A stretch of 64,000 nt of DNA, from assembly GCF_009914755.1 (NCBI RefSeq), contig NC_060936.1. The stretch is one strand, 5' to 3'. Under the pieces are notes generated by a model that worked only from the letters and a program-made list of their open reading frames with translations, did not search any database and was not told the DNA's origin. The translations under genes were made by a program, and so were the position numbers. The DNA comes from the human T2T-CHM13v2.0 reference genome, Homo sapiens. How positions within the stretch are numbered: the stretch's first letter is position 1; each line of letters starts with the position of its first letter. Below are positions 1 to 19,050 of this stretch, in pieces.

Positions 1-589
1 ATTCCAGCCTGGGCAATAGAGGGAGACTACGTCTTAAAAAAAAAAATCACCTGGGGAATTTTCTGAAAGCTCAGGCCTCACCCCAGATGAATTAGATGTG
101 AACCTGTGAATCTCTGGGCATGGGACCTGGGCTTCCACAGCTTTGCAAAGTTTCCATGGGATTTCAAGGTTGAGAGCCCTGTGTTAGGCTGAGAAGTGGT
201 CAGGAAATTTTATGATCTCCAATCTTGGCAGCCAGTGTGGCAGGATACAGGCCTTCTCTCTGGGTCATCTGGGTTATCTCACAGGGGACCTGCCATTTCT
301 TTCTCTTTTTCTTTTCCTTTCTTTTATATTTTAAAATTTTTTTTTGTAGAGTCAGGGTCTTGCTATGTTGCCTAAGCTGGTCTCGAACTCCTGGCCTCAG
401 GCAGTCCTCTTACCTTGGCCTCCCAAGTTCTGGGATTACAGGAATGAGCCACTGCACCCGGCCTAAGACCTGCCCTTACTCCCCCAAGCTAAACCCAGGC
501 AGCCCAGCCAAGGCAGGTCTTCCCTCTTCTAAACCTGAAAGCCCTGCTGAGCCCCCTCGAGTGCCCCATCCTTATCCCATAGGCCCAGG

Positions 590-848
590 CTTATACCACT
601 TGGTTATTCTTTATTCTCATGCATTCCAGGATGAGATCAGAGAATGAAGAGGGTCCCGAGGACAGCCTGGGAGAGAAGCACCAGCCTTCCTATTGGCAAG
701 AAATGACCCAGTGCTGGGGGTAGTGAGGGGCCCTATGAGGGTGCCGGGGTCATGCCTGGAGCTGCTGCTGACTCCTCCAGCCAGAGCCGCACTGGTCTGA
801 GCGATCGGGTGACACAGGCTTGAATTTCTCCTGAAGCGTTTGTGTTCT
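590..848 (-). other. MORN3: MORN3 terminal non-coding (3' UTR) exon
   Basis: Strong acceptor (CCATCCCTCTCTCCCCTGCAG|) at 849 on the minus strand, available for the donor at 1931. AATAAA at 615-610. The 3' end position is approximate. Confidence 0.8.
610..615 (-). terminator. MORN3: Polyadenylation signal AATAAA of MORN3
   Basis: TTTATT on the plus strand at 610-615, at the end of the predicted last exon. Confidence 0.75.
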
Positions 849-1168
849 CTGCAGGGGAGAGAGGGATGGTGGAGCTGGCATTTGAAAGACGCTGTTACCA
901 ATGTCCTCTCCTCAAACCCTCACATCATGCCCAGGAGGACTTGGACTGGACAAGACCCCACTGGACAGATGTGTAAATGGAGGCTGAAGGCCAACTGCCT
1001 TACTCAAGGGTGTTCAGAAGCCAGGAGACCACCTCCTTTCAACCCCGTGCCCAGCTCAGTTGTGTGGCCCAGGGTGCAAATAGAAGGTTTCAGGCAGGAC
1101 TGGAATGCACTGGTCTTCAGTGAAATGGTTTGTTTGTTTGTTTATTTGTTTGTTTGTTTGTTTTTTGA

Positions 1169-1267
<99 letters not shown>

Positions 1268-1423
1268 TAGCTGGAATTACAGGTGCCCTCCCCCACGCCC
1301 AGCTAATTTTTGTGTTTTTAGTACAGATGGGGTTTCACCATCTTGGCCAAGCTAGTCTTGAACTCCTGACCTCGTGATCCACCCACCTCGGCCTCCCAAA
1401 GTGCTGGGATTACAGGATTATAG

Positions 1424-1783
<360 letters not shown>

Positions 1784-1937
1784 TAGGAGGCAAGAAGCCT
1801 GCCCTCGATGGTCTTGCTCCCCCACTCCCCGACCCCAAGCCCTTTGGAGACCCCAGGAGATCTGTGCATTGTTCTGGGCCCTGGAGCAGCCTCAGCCACA
1901 TCAGAACTTGGCAGGTGTGCCCACCCCTCACCTGGCA

Positions 1938-2012
1938 TCAATCTCCTTCCTCTGTCTTCCTGAACATGGCCAAGGCCTCCGCCAGCACACCATCAGGGTC
2001 TAGGATTTTGAC
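1938..2012 (-). CDS. MORN3: MORN3 coding exon 5 (aa 217-240 and TGA stop)
   Basis: Acceptor CCCTCCAG| at 2013, then VKILDPDGVLAEALAMFRKTEEGD and TGA at 1940-1938. The five exons sum to 723 nt = 240 aa plus stop. The exon continues to a CAG|GTGAG donor at 1932/1931. Confidence 0.95.
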   Translation of the reverse strand, partial: VKILDPDGVLAEALAMFRKTEEGD

Positions 2013-2278
2013 CTGGAGGGAAATACCAAGAAGTTGGTTTGGAGAGCATGGAGGACCCAGGCTGCCAGCCTTGACTGGCGCTGCCTGCCGTGTGGGGTGC
2101 TGCCAGCCTCATCAGGAGCCACCTCCCTTGCTAGGGATGCCCTGACTGAAAACAAAACCTTGTCTGTTCCCTGTCTGGGCTTGGCTGGGCCTGGCAGATC
2201 TGGCCTGGGCATGGCTGGGGATGCTGGCTTCTGTCTCTGTCTGGGTGTGGCCACAGGGCCCTGGTGAGGGCTGCCCAC

Positions 2279-2463
2279 CTCAGGAATGGGGAACTGAGTG
2301 GGCTCAGGGGCCTCGTCACGGCCAAAGTCGATCATCGTCCCGCATTTGGCCATATTGTCCACCCAGAAGCCTTCAAACAGCTGGCCGTGGTCCAGATGGA
2401 AGAAACGCCCCGCCCCGTTCTTCATGCCTCTCTCCCAGCAGCCCTCGTAGCGGTTCCCGTTCT
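2279..2463 (-). CDS. MORN3: MORN3 coding exon 4 (aa 155-216)
   Basis: Acceptor TTTCCCCCAG| at 2464 and donor GAG|GTGGGC at 2279/2278. 185 nt encoding KNGNRYEGCWERGMKNGAGRFFHLDHGQLFEGFWVDNMAKCGTMIDFGRDEAPEPTQFPIPE. Confidence 0.96.
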
Positions 2464-2658
2464 CTGGGGGAAAGGACAGGGAGGTGTGGTGCAGGGTACA
2501 CCAAACTAAGCTAGACCCCCAGGGGTCGCTCTTCCAGAGCTCAGTGCAAATCCTAACACATTGGGAGGCCAAGATGGGAGGCTCATAAGCCCAGGAGATC
2601 AAGACCAGCCTGAGCAACATAGTGAGACCACATCTCTGCAAAAAAAAAATTTTTTTTA

Positions 2659-2808
<150 letters not shown>

Positions 2809-2932
2809 TCAAGTGATTCTCCTGCCTCAGCCTCCTGAGTAGCTGGGATTACAGGTGTATACCACCACATGCAGCTACTTTTTGTATTTTTAGTAGAGAC
2901 GGGGTTTCTCCACGTTGGCCAGGCTGATCTCA

Positions 2933-3306
<374 letters not shown>

Positions 3307-3477
3307 ACTGAGGGGAGAGATAGGGTGCTCTTCCTCTCTTGTCCCACATTGACACAAGGGCCAGTGTGGGACAAGAGTGTGGGGTGTGGCCTGTCTCTGT
3401 GGGACCAAATGGGCGTGGCCAGCTCGCTGCCGGGGGCGTGGTCGGGTGGGCGGGGCCGGCGGGGGTGGGGCACTCAC

Positions 3478-3637
3478 TCAGGCGCAGCATGCCCTCCCCG
3501 TTGGGCTTGTCGTTCTCCCACTGTCCCTCGTAGATGTCGCCGTTGCTGTAATACATGCGGCCCCACCCGCTGCGCTGGCTGCCACACCAGTCACCCTCAT
3601 AATACTCCTTGGGTCCGAAAAACTGGATCCCATAACC
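3478..3637 (-). CDS. MORN3: MORN3 coding exon 3 (aa 102-154 plus 1 nt)
   Basis: Acceptor TTTCAG| at 3638 and donor A|GTGAGT at 3478/3477. 160 nt encoding [53 protein letters not shown]. Confidence 0.96.
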
Positions 3638-4406
3638 CTGAAAGTACGAAGATGCTACTACTCAGGGCGCCCCCCAACACCACCAGGAAAGCCCACCGTC
3701 TTCCCAGGCACCCCTAGAGCCACACACCCCAGCTTCTTCCTTCTTCCTCAGCCCTACGTCCAAGCGGAGGGTCGTGTCTTAGCGGAGTATCCTGTCTTTT
3801 TTGTTTGTTTGTTTGTTTTTAGACAGAGATCCACTCTGTCACCCAGGCTGGAGTGCAGTGATGTGATCTCGGCTCATTGTAACCTCCGTCCCCCGGGTTC
3901 AAGTGATTCTCCTGCCTCAGCCTCCCGAGAAGCTGGGATTACAAACACGCATCACCACGCCCTGCTAATTTTTGTATTTTTAGGAGAGACAGGGTTTCAC
4001 CATGTTGGCCAGGCTGGTCTTGAACTCCTGACTTCAAGTGATCCGCCCGCCTCAGCCTCCCAAAGTGCTGGGATTACAGGTGTGAGCCATAGTGCCCACC
4101 GATAATGTCTTGAAGGATCTTCCCATGCTCTGTTTCTCTCTGTCCCTCTGCTGGCGCCTCCATGCAGCCAGTCATTAAACTCCCTCCTTACTGACCCACC
4201 CTCTCCTCTCTCATCCCCACCACACCATGCGCCATGCAGCCCCTACAGCGCCGGAGGACTCTTTAAATCGCCCATCTAGGCTGGGCGCTGTGGCTCACCG
4301 GCTCACTTTAGGAGGCTGAGGTGGGTGGATCACTTGAGGTCAGGAGTTTGAGACCAGCCTGGCCAACATGGTGAAACCCCATCTCTACCAAAAATACAAA
4401 AAATTA

Positions 4407-4541
<135 letters not shown>

Positions 4542-4694
4542 TCAAAAAAAAAAAAAATCGCCCATCTGATCATGCTCGCCCCCCTCCCACTCTTATTTTG
4601 ACCCAGAAAAATGAACATAAACACCATACTTAGCCTGGCGTGGTGGCTTACGCCTATAATCCCAGCACTTTGGGAGGCCGAGGCAGATGGATCA

Positions 4695-4968
<274 letters not shown>

Positions 4969-6221
4969 TCACGCTTGTAATCCCAGCACTTTGGGAGGCC
5001 AAGGCAGGCGGATCACAAGGTCAGGAGATCAAGACCATCCTGGCTAACATGGTGAAAACCCGTCTCTACTAAAAATACAAAAAAATTAGCTGGGTGTGGT
5101 GGTGGGTGCCCGTAGTCCCAGCTACTCGGGAGGCTGAGGCAGGAGAAGGCCGTGAACCAGGAGGCGGAGCTTGCAGTGAGCCAAGATCGCGCCACTGTAC
5201 TCCAGCCTGGGCAACAGAGAAAGACTCCGTCTCAAAAAACAAAAAACACCACACTTAGTGTCCAACCACAGGGAAACAAGGTCTGTTTGCAGATCACACC
5301 CGAGGAGGTTGGGTTGAGAAGCCAAGTCTACTCCTCAAAATCCTGATTTCCCACATATCCCTGAGGGCCCCCGCAACTCTTCTCCTCACTCCTGTCCCAG
5401 GGCAGACACACTCTGCTGTTTTACATCTCGTTCCCTTTGCTATTTTTTTGCCTCCCATCTTTCTCCCTTTTTTTTCTTCCTGGCTAACTCCTAGCATCTT
5501 TTAGTGTCACCTCCTACAGGAAGCCTGCCCTGAATTCCCTCTTTTTGAGACAAGTCTTGCTCTGTTGTCCAGGCTAGAGTGTAGTGGCACCACCATAGCT
5601 CACTATAACCTCAGCCTCCTGAGATCAAGCAATCCTCCTGCCTCAGCCTTTTGAAAAGTTGGGACTACAGATGTGCACCACAACATCTAGCTAATTATTA
5701 TTATTATATAGTTTTATTTATTTATTTATTTATTTTGAGATGGAGTCTCACTCTGTTGCCCAGGCTGAAGTGCAGTGGCGTGATCTCGGTTCACTGCCAC
5801 CTCTGCCTCCTGGCTTCAAGCGATTCTAATGTCTCCGTCTCCCTAGCTGGGACTACAGGTACACACCACTATGCCCGGCTAATTTTTTTTGTGTTTTTTA
5901 TTTAGTAGAGACGGGGGTTTCACCATGTTGGCCAGGCTAGTCTCGAACTCCTGACCTCAAGTGATACACCCCTGTCTGCCTCCCAAATTGCTGGGATTAC
6001 AGGCGTGAGCCATTGTGCTTAGCCTTCTGTCCTGAATTCTCTAGGCTGGGCTTGATGACCTTCCTCTGGGCACCCTGTGAAAACATCCCTCCTAATACCA
6101 TATTCTACGTAAATTGGTTATTCAGGGCTTTCTCTTCCTACTTGCCAATAAACAATTTGGGAGCAGAGAACATGAAACCCTGGGCTCTACCACTTGCTAG
6201 CTGTGTGACTCCAGGCAAGAC

Positions 6222-7379
<1,158 letters not shown>

Positions 7380-7582
7380 AGACACCTCATCTCTTCGAGC
7401 TTGTTTGCTTATCAATAAAATGGGCATGAAGATGATGATGATGATGAGCTGTTGCTGTGAGAGTTAACTGAATATTAAATGTGTTTCAGGCCGGGCGCGG
7501 TGGCTCACGCCTGTAATCCCAGCACTTTGGAAGGCCGAGGCGGGCGGATCACGAGGTCAGGGGATGGAGACCATCCTGGCTA

Positions 7583-7828
<246 letters not shown>

Positions 7829-8327
7829 TCAGTTGCAATACTGTTTATTATTAGTGTCTCTGGGACTGATGGTGAGGATTCCTCCACACTTGTGGGAGTA
7901 GATGGAGGGAACCTGTGCCCAGCTTGGGTGTTTCCGGGCTGAGCACGCGCCTCTGGCTGGCTTCGGCCCCCCGGGACCCTCCTCTCCTGTCCCCTGCTCT
8001 CTTGCTCCCACTTTTCCTACCTCCCTTTTATTCAGGCCCAGCAGAAAGGGGATTCTCAGAAAGTGATACCTGGGGAAAAGAAAGCCAGGAAACGAGGGGG
8101 AAAAGGGTGGAGGCGACTTCGTCCCCACAAGCCTGGCTGGCTCCTCGCAACCGCAGGGTTTCGTGGGCTCCTCCCTGGCCTTCTGTTGCTTCCTGTTTCC
8201 TGGGTTTTGTTCTGAGAAACTTTGCAATTCCCCCACCCCTTCCTTCTCCCACGAGCAGCACAACCCTGTCCTCCTCCCTGTAGACCTCCCCTCTCTTTTC
8301 TCCCAGGCCTCTCTCGGCTTCCCCTAA

Positions 8328-8373
<46 letters not shown>
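8328..8373. repeat. (CA)n/(TG)n microsatellite with a GCGCG interruption
   Basis: ACACACACGCGCG(CA)16C read directly. Confidence 0.95.
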
Positions 8374-8375
<2 letters not shown>

Positions 8376-8395
8376 CGGCTGGCAGGCCTGCTCAC

Positions 8396-8900
<505 letters not shown>

Positions 8901-9818
8901 TAGCTAATTTTGTGTTTTAGTAAAGATGGGGTTCCATGTTGGCCAGGCAGGTCTGAAACTCCTGACCTCAAGTGATATGCCCACCTCGGTCTCCCAAAGT
9001 GCTGGGATTACAGGCGTGAGCCACTGCGTCCGGCCAGAGGTAATTCTCTTATTTGTTGATTAGTGTCGCATGCCTGTCTTTTCCAGGAGAATGTGAGCTG
9101 CAGGAGGGCACAGACTTTGGTCTGTTTTGTTCCCTGCACTGAAAAACTGTGCCTGGAGGCTGGGTGCAGTGGCTCGAGCCTGTAATCCCAGCACTTTGGG
9201 AGGCTGAGGCGGGTGGATCACCTGAGGTCAGGAGTTCGAGACCAGCCTGACCAAAATGGCGAAACCCTGTGTCTACTAAAAATACAAAAATTAGCCAGGC
9301 GTGGTGGCAGGCGCCTGTAATCCCAGCTACTCAGGAAGCTGAGGCATGAGAATCTCTTGAACCTGGGAGGCGTGGGTTGCAGTGAGCCGAGATGACGTCG
9401 TTGCAGTGAGCCGAGATGACGTCATTGCACTCCAGCCTGGGAGACGAGCGAAACTCCATCTCAAAATCAAACAAACAAACAAACAAACTGTTCCTGGCAT
9501 GTTGTAGGTGACTAATACCTGCTAATTTACTGTTTTCTCTTTTTTTTTCTTTCTTTCTTTCTTTTTTTTTTTTTTGAGACAGAGTCTTGCTGTGTTGCCC
9601 AGGCTGAAGTGCAGTGTTGCAATCTCGGCTCACTGCAACCTCCGCCTCCTGGTTCAAGAGATTCTCCTGCCTTAGCCACCCCAGTAGCTAGAATTACAGG
9701 TGCCCGCCACCATGCCCAGCTAATTTTTGTATTTTTAGTAGAGACGGGGTTTTACCATATTGGCCAGGCTGGTCTCTAACTCCTGACATCGTGATCCGTC
9801 TGCCTTGGCCACCCATAA

Positions 9819-10109
<291 letters not shown>

Positions 10110-10817
10110 TGATCTGTCCGCCTCGGCTTCCCAAAGTGCTAGGATTACAGGCGTGAGCCACCGCGCCTGGCCTTTTTCTTTCTTTTTTTTAGACAGGATC
10201 TGGCTGTGTTGCCTATGCTGACGTACACAGCTCGCTGCAGCCTCAACCACCCAGGCTCAAATGATCCTTCTGCCTCAGCCTCCTGAGTAGCTGAGACCAC
10301 AGGTGCATGCCACTACACCTGGCTAATTTTTTAAAAAAATTTTATAGAGGCAGAGTCTCTCTATGTTGCCCAGGCTGGTCTCAAACTACTGGGCTCAAGC
10401 AGTCCTCCTGCCTAGGCTTCCCAAAGTATTGGGATTACAGGCATGAGGCACCACACCAGGCATTTCTTTCTTTTTAGAGATGGGGTCTTGCTATGTTACC
10501 CAGGCTGGTCTTGAACTCTTGAGCTAAAGAGATTCTCCCTTCTCAGCCTCTCGACGAGCTGGGAATACAAGCACACACCAGTACACCGAGCTTAATACAT
10601 ATTTAACAAAACGATGAATAAAATATTTGTGGAGTACCAATATTGGTCAATTCATGTCTGGGTCCTTGGTAACCCAGGAACAAATTCAACATTATCCCTC
10701 TGAGCTTTGTGACCTTGACCAAGTAAGTTAATTCTTTGGGTCTCTCTGAGCCTCAGATATCTCAGCTGTAAAATGGGTATAAGAATATCTTATGGGGGGG
10801 CTGGGCGCAGTGGCTCA

Positions 10818-12811
<1,994 letters not shown>

Positions 12812-13059
12812 TGAGCAATTACGGGACCATTCTAATTTTCTGAAAAGAAAAACAGTATCTCATGGGGTTGTTTCTTATCACTAGATTCCAGGATATGTGT
12901 ACAGCACTTAGAGCCTACAAGTAGGAAATACGATGTCAATGTTAGCCTTTATTGGTTTTTTTTATTTTTTTATTTTTTTTTTCCTCTCTCAAATCATGGG
13001 AGCCTTTGTTATTATTTTTGCCCTTGGGGAGCCCATGGTCTGGTAGGGCCCAACCACAT

Positions 13060-13498
13060 TGTAGGGGCTGTTGGGTTGTTTGCGTTTGTCCTGCCCCTCA
13101 CTTCCTCCTGGTTTTATTTCCTTTGGGGACACCACTCTCCCACTCTAAACCCCCAAGGTTTGGGTGGCTGACTCCGCCCCCTGGCAGGCCTACCCAATCA
13201 GTGTATTCTACCCACCAGGCTGCTGTGATTGGGTCAGTGCAGGCCACCTGACCCAAGTTGGTCCAATGAGACTCCGTGTAAGTCCATTTGGGCCACCACA
13301 CCCACCCGGGCCTGCAAGGGGAGGAAGCTGACTTAAGAAGGAACTCAACGCAGAGGAAAGCAAAATGGAGACATGGAGGGAGACGCCAAGTTCCAGTGAC
13401 ATTAAGCCCCTGAATCCCACCATGGCTGAACTTGCATTACTGAAGCCCTCCTGAGTTGAATTTCTGCCTCTTGCAAATGAAAGAGGCCTGATGAATAC
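13060..13498 (+). mobile_element. ERVL LTR16-type solo LTR
   Basis: LTR16-like core (CTGACTCCGCCCC...CCAATCA...GATTGG...ACCCAAGTTGGTCCAATGAGA) and 3' end (CTTGCAAATGAAAGAGGCCTGATGAATAC). Family assigned from recall. Confidence 0.6.
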
Positions 13499-13908
13499 CC
13501 ACATAGTTCAATTTCAATATACGAAGGTAGGCACTGAGATTTCAATATCAGAAGAAGGGCACTTGGTCAAATCTGGGGACTCAGAGACTTCCTGGAGGGG
13601 GTGACGTTGGGGCCAGGAAGGGCAGTCCAGGCACAGGGAACTGCATGAGTAAAGGCAAAGAGGTTTGAAAATGATGGTTGCAGCCGGGCGAGGTGGCTCA
13701 CGCCTGTAATCGCAGCACTTTGGGAGGCCAAGGCGGGCGGATCACTTGAGGTCGGGAGTTCGAGACCAGCCTGGCCAACATGGCGAAATCTCGTCTCTAC
13801 TGAAGATACAAAAATTAACCGGGCATGGTAGCAGGTGCCTGTAATCACAGCTACTTGGGAGGCAGGAGAATCGCTTGAACCCAGGAGCAACAGAGTGATT
13901 GGCTAGCC

Positions 13909-14075
13909 AATACATTGATTGGCTAGGCCTGCTAGGGGGGCGGAGTCAGCCCACCCGAACCTTGGGGATTTAGAGTGGGAGAGGGGTGTCCCTAAAGGAA
14001 ATAAAACCGGGAGGAAGTGAGGGGCAGGACAGGCGAAAACAACCTGTTTTTTTTTTTTTTTTTGTAGCCCCTACC
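13909..14075 (-). repeat. Inverted duplicate of the 5' part of the neighbouring LTR16 (13060-13207)
   Basis: Manual alignment of 13074-13207 with the reverse complement of 13909-14044 gives 11 mismatches and 2 one-base gaps (about 90% identity). The GTAGGGGCT start is mirrored at 14066-14074. Confidence 0.9.
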
Positions 14076-14458
14076 AAAAAAAAAAAAAAAAAGACACTGA
14101 TGGATGCTCATGACTATGCCTTCCGTGGGTGGCTTCAGTCTCTCCTACCGCAGGCAAATGCAGGAGACACATGGGAATCAATAGGCTGGGAATTAGAGGG
14201 GAAAGGTGCTTTTTCTCTGCTAGTCCATTTTGAAAAATCTCATCTCAATTTTTTGATTTGCCCAGTTGGATTACGTGCTCATTTCTGTGACCAAGGTAGC
14301 AGGGGCCTGTTATTAGAAGAAGGTGAAGAGTGAGAGCAGGAGGCATCCAACAGTCGAGTTAGGGGTTGATACGCACAGTATATGGCCTGTGCTGGGGAAA
14401 GTCCCTAGCCTAACAGTACTGGAGTACCTCGTATAGGAGTCCTGAGACCTGGTTTTAA

Positions 14459-14713
<255 letters not shown>

Positions 14714-14751
14714 TAATCCCGGCACTTTGGCAGGCTGAGGCGGGCGGATCA

Positions 14752-15374
<623 letters not shown>

Positions 15375-16193
15375 TTATTTATTTGTCTTTTTTTTTCTTC
15401 CTTTTTGTGGAGAACGGGGTCTCGCTATATTGCCCAAGCAGGCCTCGAACTCCTGGGCTCAAGCTATCTCCCACCTCTGCCTCCCTGAGAGCTGGGATTA
15501 CAGGCGTGAGCTACCGCACCTGGCAAGTGAATCCCCATCTCTACCAGAAAATACAAAAATTGGCTGGGCGTGGTGGTGTGTGCCTTTAGTCCCAGCTACT
15601 TGGGAGGCTGAGGTACAAGAATCACTTGAACCTGGGAAGTGGAGGTTTCAGTGAGCCGAGATCGCAGCACTGCACTCCATCCTGGGCGACAGAGCACAAC
15701 TCTGTCTCAAACAAGACAAAACTATATCAGGAAGTGAAGAGGATTCCTCCATCCTGTCACTAAGATGCTGGCAGCCATGTGTATCATGCAGAGGTATACT
15801 TGCAGGAGGAGAGAAAAAAGGCCAGCCAGGGAGAAGCAGATAGATGGAGAAGTTGTCCTAAGCCTTCCCTGAGGATGGCTCCATTCCTGCCTTTCTAATA
15901 ATTTGCTTTTATGGGGTGCTTCGTTCTCCTGCTGGATGTCTCTCACCTGGATGTCTGCAAGGGCCTCTGAGGGGTCTTCCTGCCCCCACCTCATTCACAA
16001 CTAAATAGCCAGCATGGGTGTTATGGGACATGAATCAGATCATGTCATTCCTATGCTCTAAACCCTCCCTGTGTCACAGAGTCAAATCCAAAGTTCTTAC
16101 CATGGCTGACAGGGTCCTATATGATCTGACTACCCTTCTTCTTTAACCCACAACCTCTTTTTTTTTTTTTTTTTTTTTTGAGATGGAGATTAG

Positions 16194-16678
<485 letters not shown>

Positions 16679-16829
16679 TGAACTCCTGACCTCAAGTGAT
16701 CTGCCTGCCTCGGCCTCTCAAAGTGCTGGGATTACAGGTGTGAGCCACCGTCCCCGGCCTGCAACCTCTCTGACCTCCTCCTCTTCCTCACTCTGTTTCA
16801 CCCACACCGTCCTCCTGGCTGTTCCTTGA

Positions 16830-17133
<304 letters not shown>

Positions 17134-17585
17134 TAGCCAGGATGGTCTCAATCTCCTGACCTCATGATCCGCCCGCCTCGGCTTCCCAAAGTGCTGGGAT
17201 TACAGGTGTGATCCACCACGCCCAGCCCCACCTGGCCCATTTTTGTATTTTTTTAGTAGAGATGGGATTTCACCATATTGGCCAAGGTGGTCTTGAACTC
17301 CTGACCTCAGGTGATCTGCCTGCCTCGGCCTCCCAAAGTGCTGGGATTACAGATGTGAGCCACCACACCCAGCCTGGAACTGGGATCCTAACCCAGGTTT
17401 ATTTGACTGCAAAGCACTTAACCCAGCAAGGCAGGAGAGCAGGATGGTTAAGAGCACAGAATTGGGCTGGGCGCAGTGGCTAAACGCCTGTAATCCCAGC
17501 ACTTTGGGAGGCCGAGGCGGGCGGATCACTCGAGGTCGGGAGTTCAAGACCAGCCTGACCAACACGGAGAAACCCCGTCTTACTA

Positions 17586-18032
<447 letters not shown>

Positions 18033-18543
18033 TTAGTTTGTATCAACAGGACCCCTTTGCCCCCTGCTGGTCAGACTTGGAGCCCCAGCTCCTCCTTGTG
18101 GGATGGAGTAGGGGGTCCTCCCTTGTGCCTGGCGCTCAGCCCTCTGCAGAGCATCACAGCTGAATGCGAAGCCCAGAACCCCACTGCAAGCTGGCTTCAG
18201 GGGCGTGGCTTTTCTTGTTGCCAGCCAGCCCAGTGCTTAACCCAGGTCTCAGAAGGCAGGAACTGAGCCCCCTAGGTCCCAGAGCCCCGGGGGCAGGCCA
18301 GTTTCTCAAGACCCTCTGTCCACTGCTGGTCCTGAGACCCTCACTCAGTTGAAGTCAGGGCTGAGTTTGTTCAGAAGCCCCAGCATGTGAAGGCCCCCAG
18401 CTGGCCTGGGCCAGCGCTCACCCTGGGGGAGCCTTGGGGACACATCTCATGTCCCCAGTGAGCTCTGCACTCTGCCTTCCTGGCCCTGTTGCCCACTGTG
18501 GCTCTGACCCCACTCCGGCCGCCCGTCCCGGAGTCCCACTCAC

Positions 18544-18688
18544 CGTGTTTCACGTTGTCCTTCCACTCGCCCACATAGTAGTCGCCATTCACAGCGTATA
18601 CCTGGCTCCGCAGGCCGTTCCTCTGGGCCTTCCGGTCCCACCCCTTCCACAGGGACTCCGACTTTTTTGGGCACTTAGAGACTGGCAT
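18544..18688 (-). CDS. MORN3: MORN3 coding exon 1 (aa 1-48 plus 1 nt), MORN repeat-containing protein 3
   Basis: GCCACCATG Kozak start at 18688. Translation MPVSKCPKKSESLWKGWDRKAQRNGLRSQVYAVNGDYYVGEWKDNVKHG includes a MORN motif (YxGEWxxxxKHG). Donor G|GTGAGT at 18544/18543; 145 nt, phase 1, matching the next exon. Confidence 0.96.
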
Positions 18689-19010
18689 GGTGGCTGCTTC
18701 TGCAAGGCTGGAGGGTGCTGGAAAGGGGTTAGGGACATCTGGGGCTCAGCGCGCCCCGTGTAATGCCGGGATCCTGAGCTCAAGTGGGGAGAGTCATGTG
18801 TGTTCTGAGTCCCTGGGGCAGGTGAACAGCCCTTAGTGGGGATCCTTTAGTGCTGGACTGACCTTTGGTTGGCCCCTCCCTTGCCTCTCCTGGGGCCCCC
18901 TCCCAGGGGGTCTGATGGCACAATTACTTGGGAATCTAGGGAAACCAGTAGAGCAGGAGGGTTTGTGATGGCATCAGGGAGAAGCTGCCCCCAGGGAGGG
19001 GGTGGCGGTC

Positions 19011-19050
<40 letters not shown>

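Noticed and set aside
2000-2641. 213-aa minus-strand ORF as a standalone gene (likewise 8324-8773, 3284-3556 and 18371-18688)
   Set aside because: Each is a MORN3 exon extended by intronic or Alu read-through. The splice sites and phases define the real exons.
18925-18950. Possible X-box near the proximal MORN3 start (CTAGGGAAAC)
   Set aside because: Only a half-site match, too weak to call without binding data.
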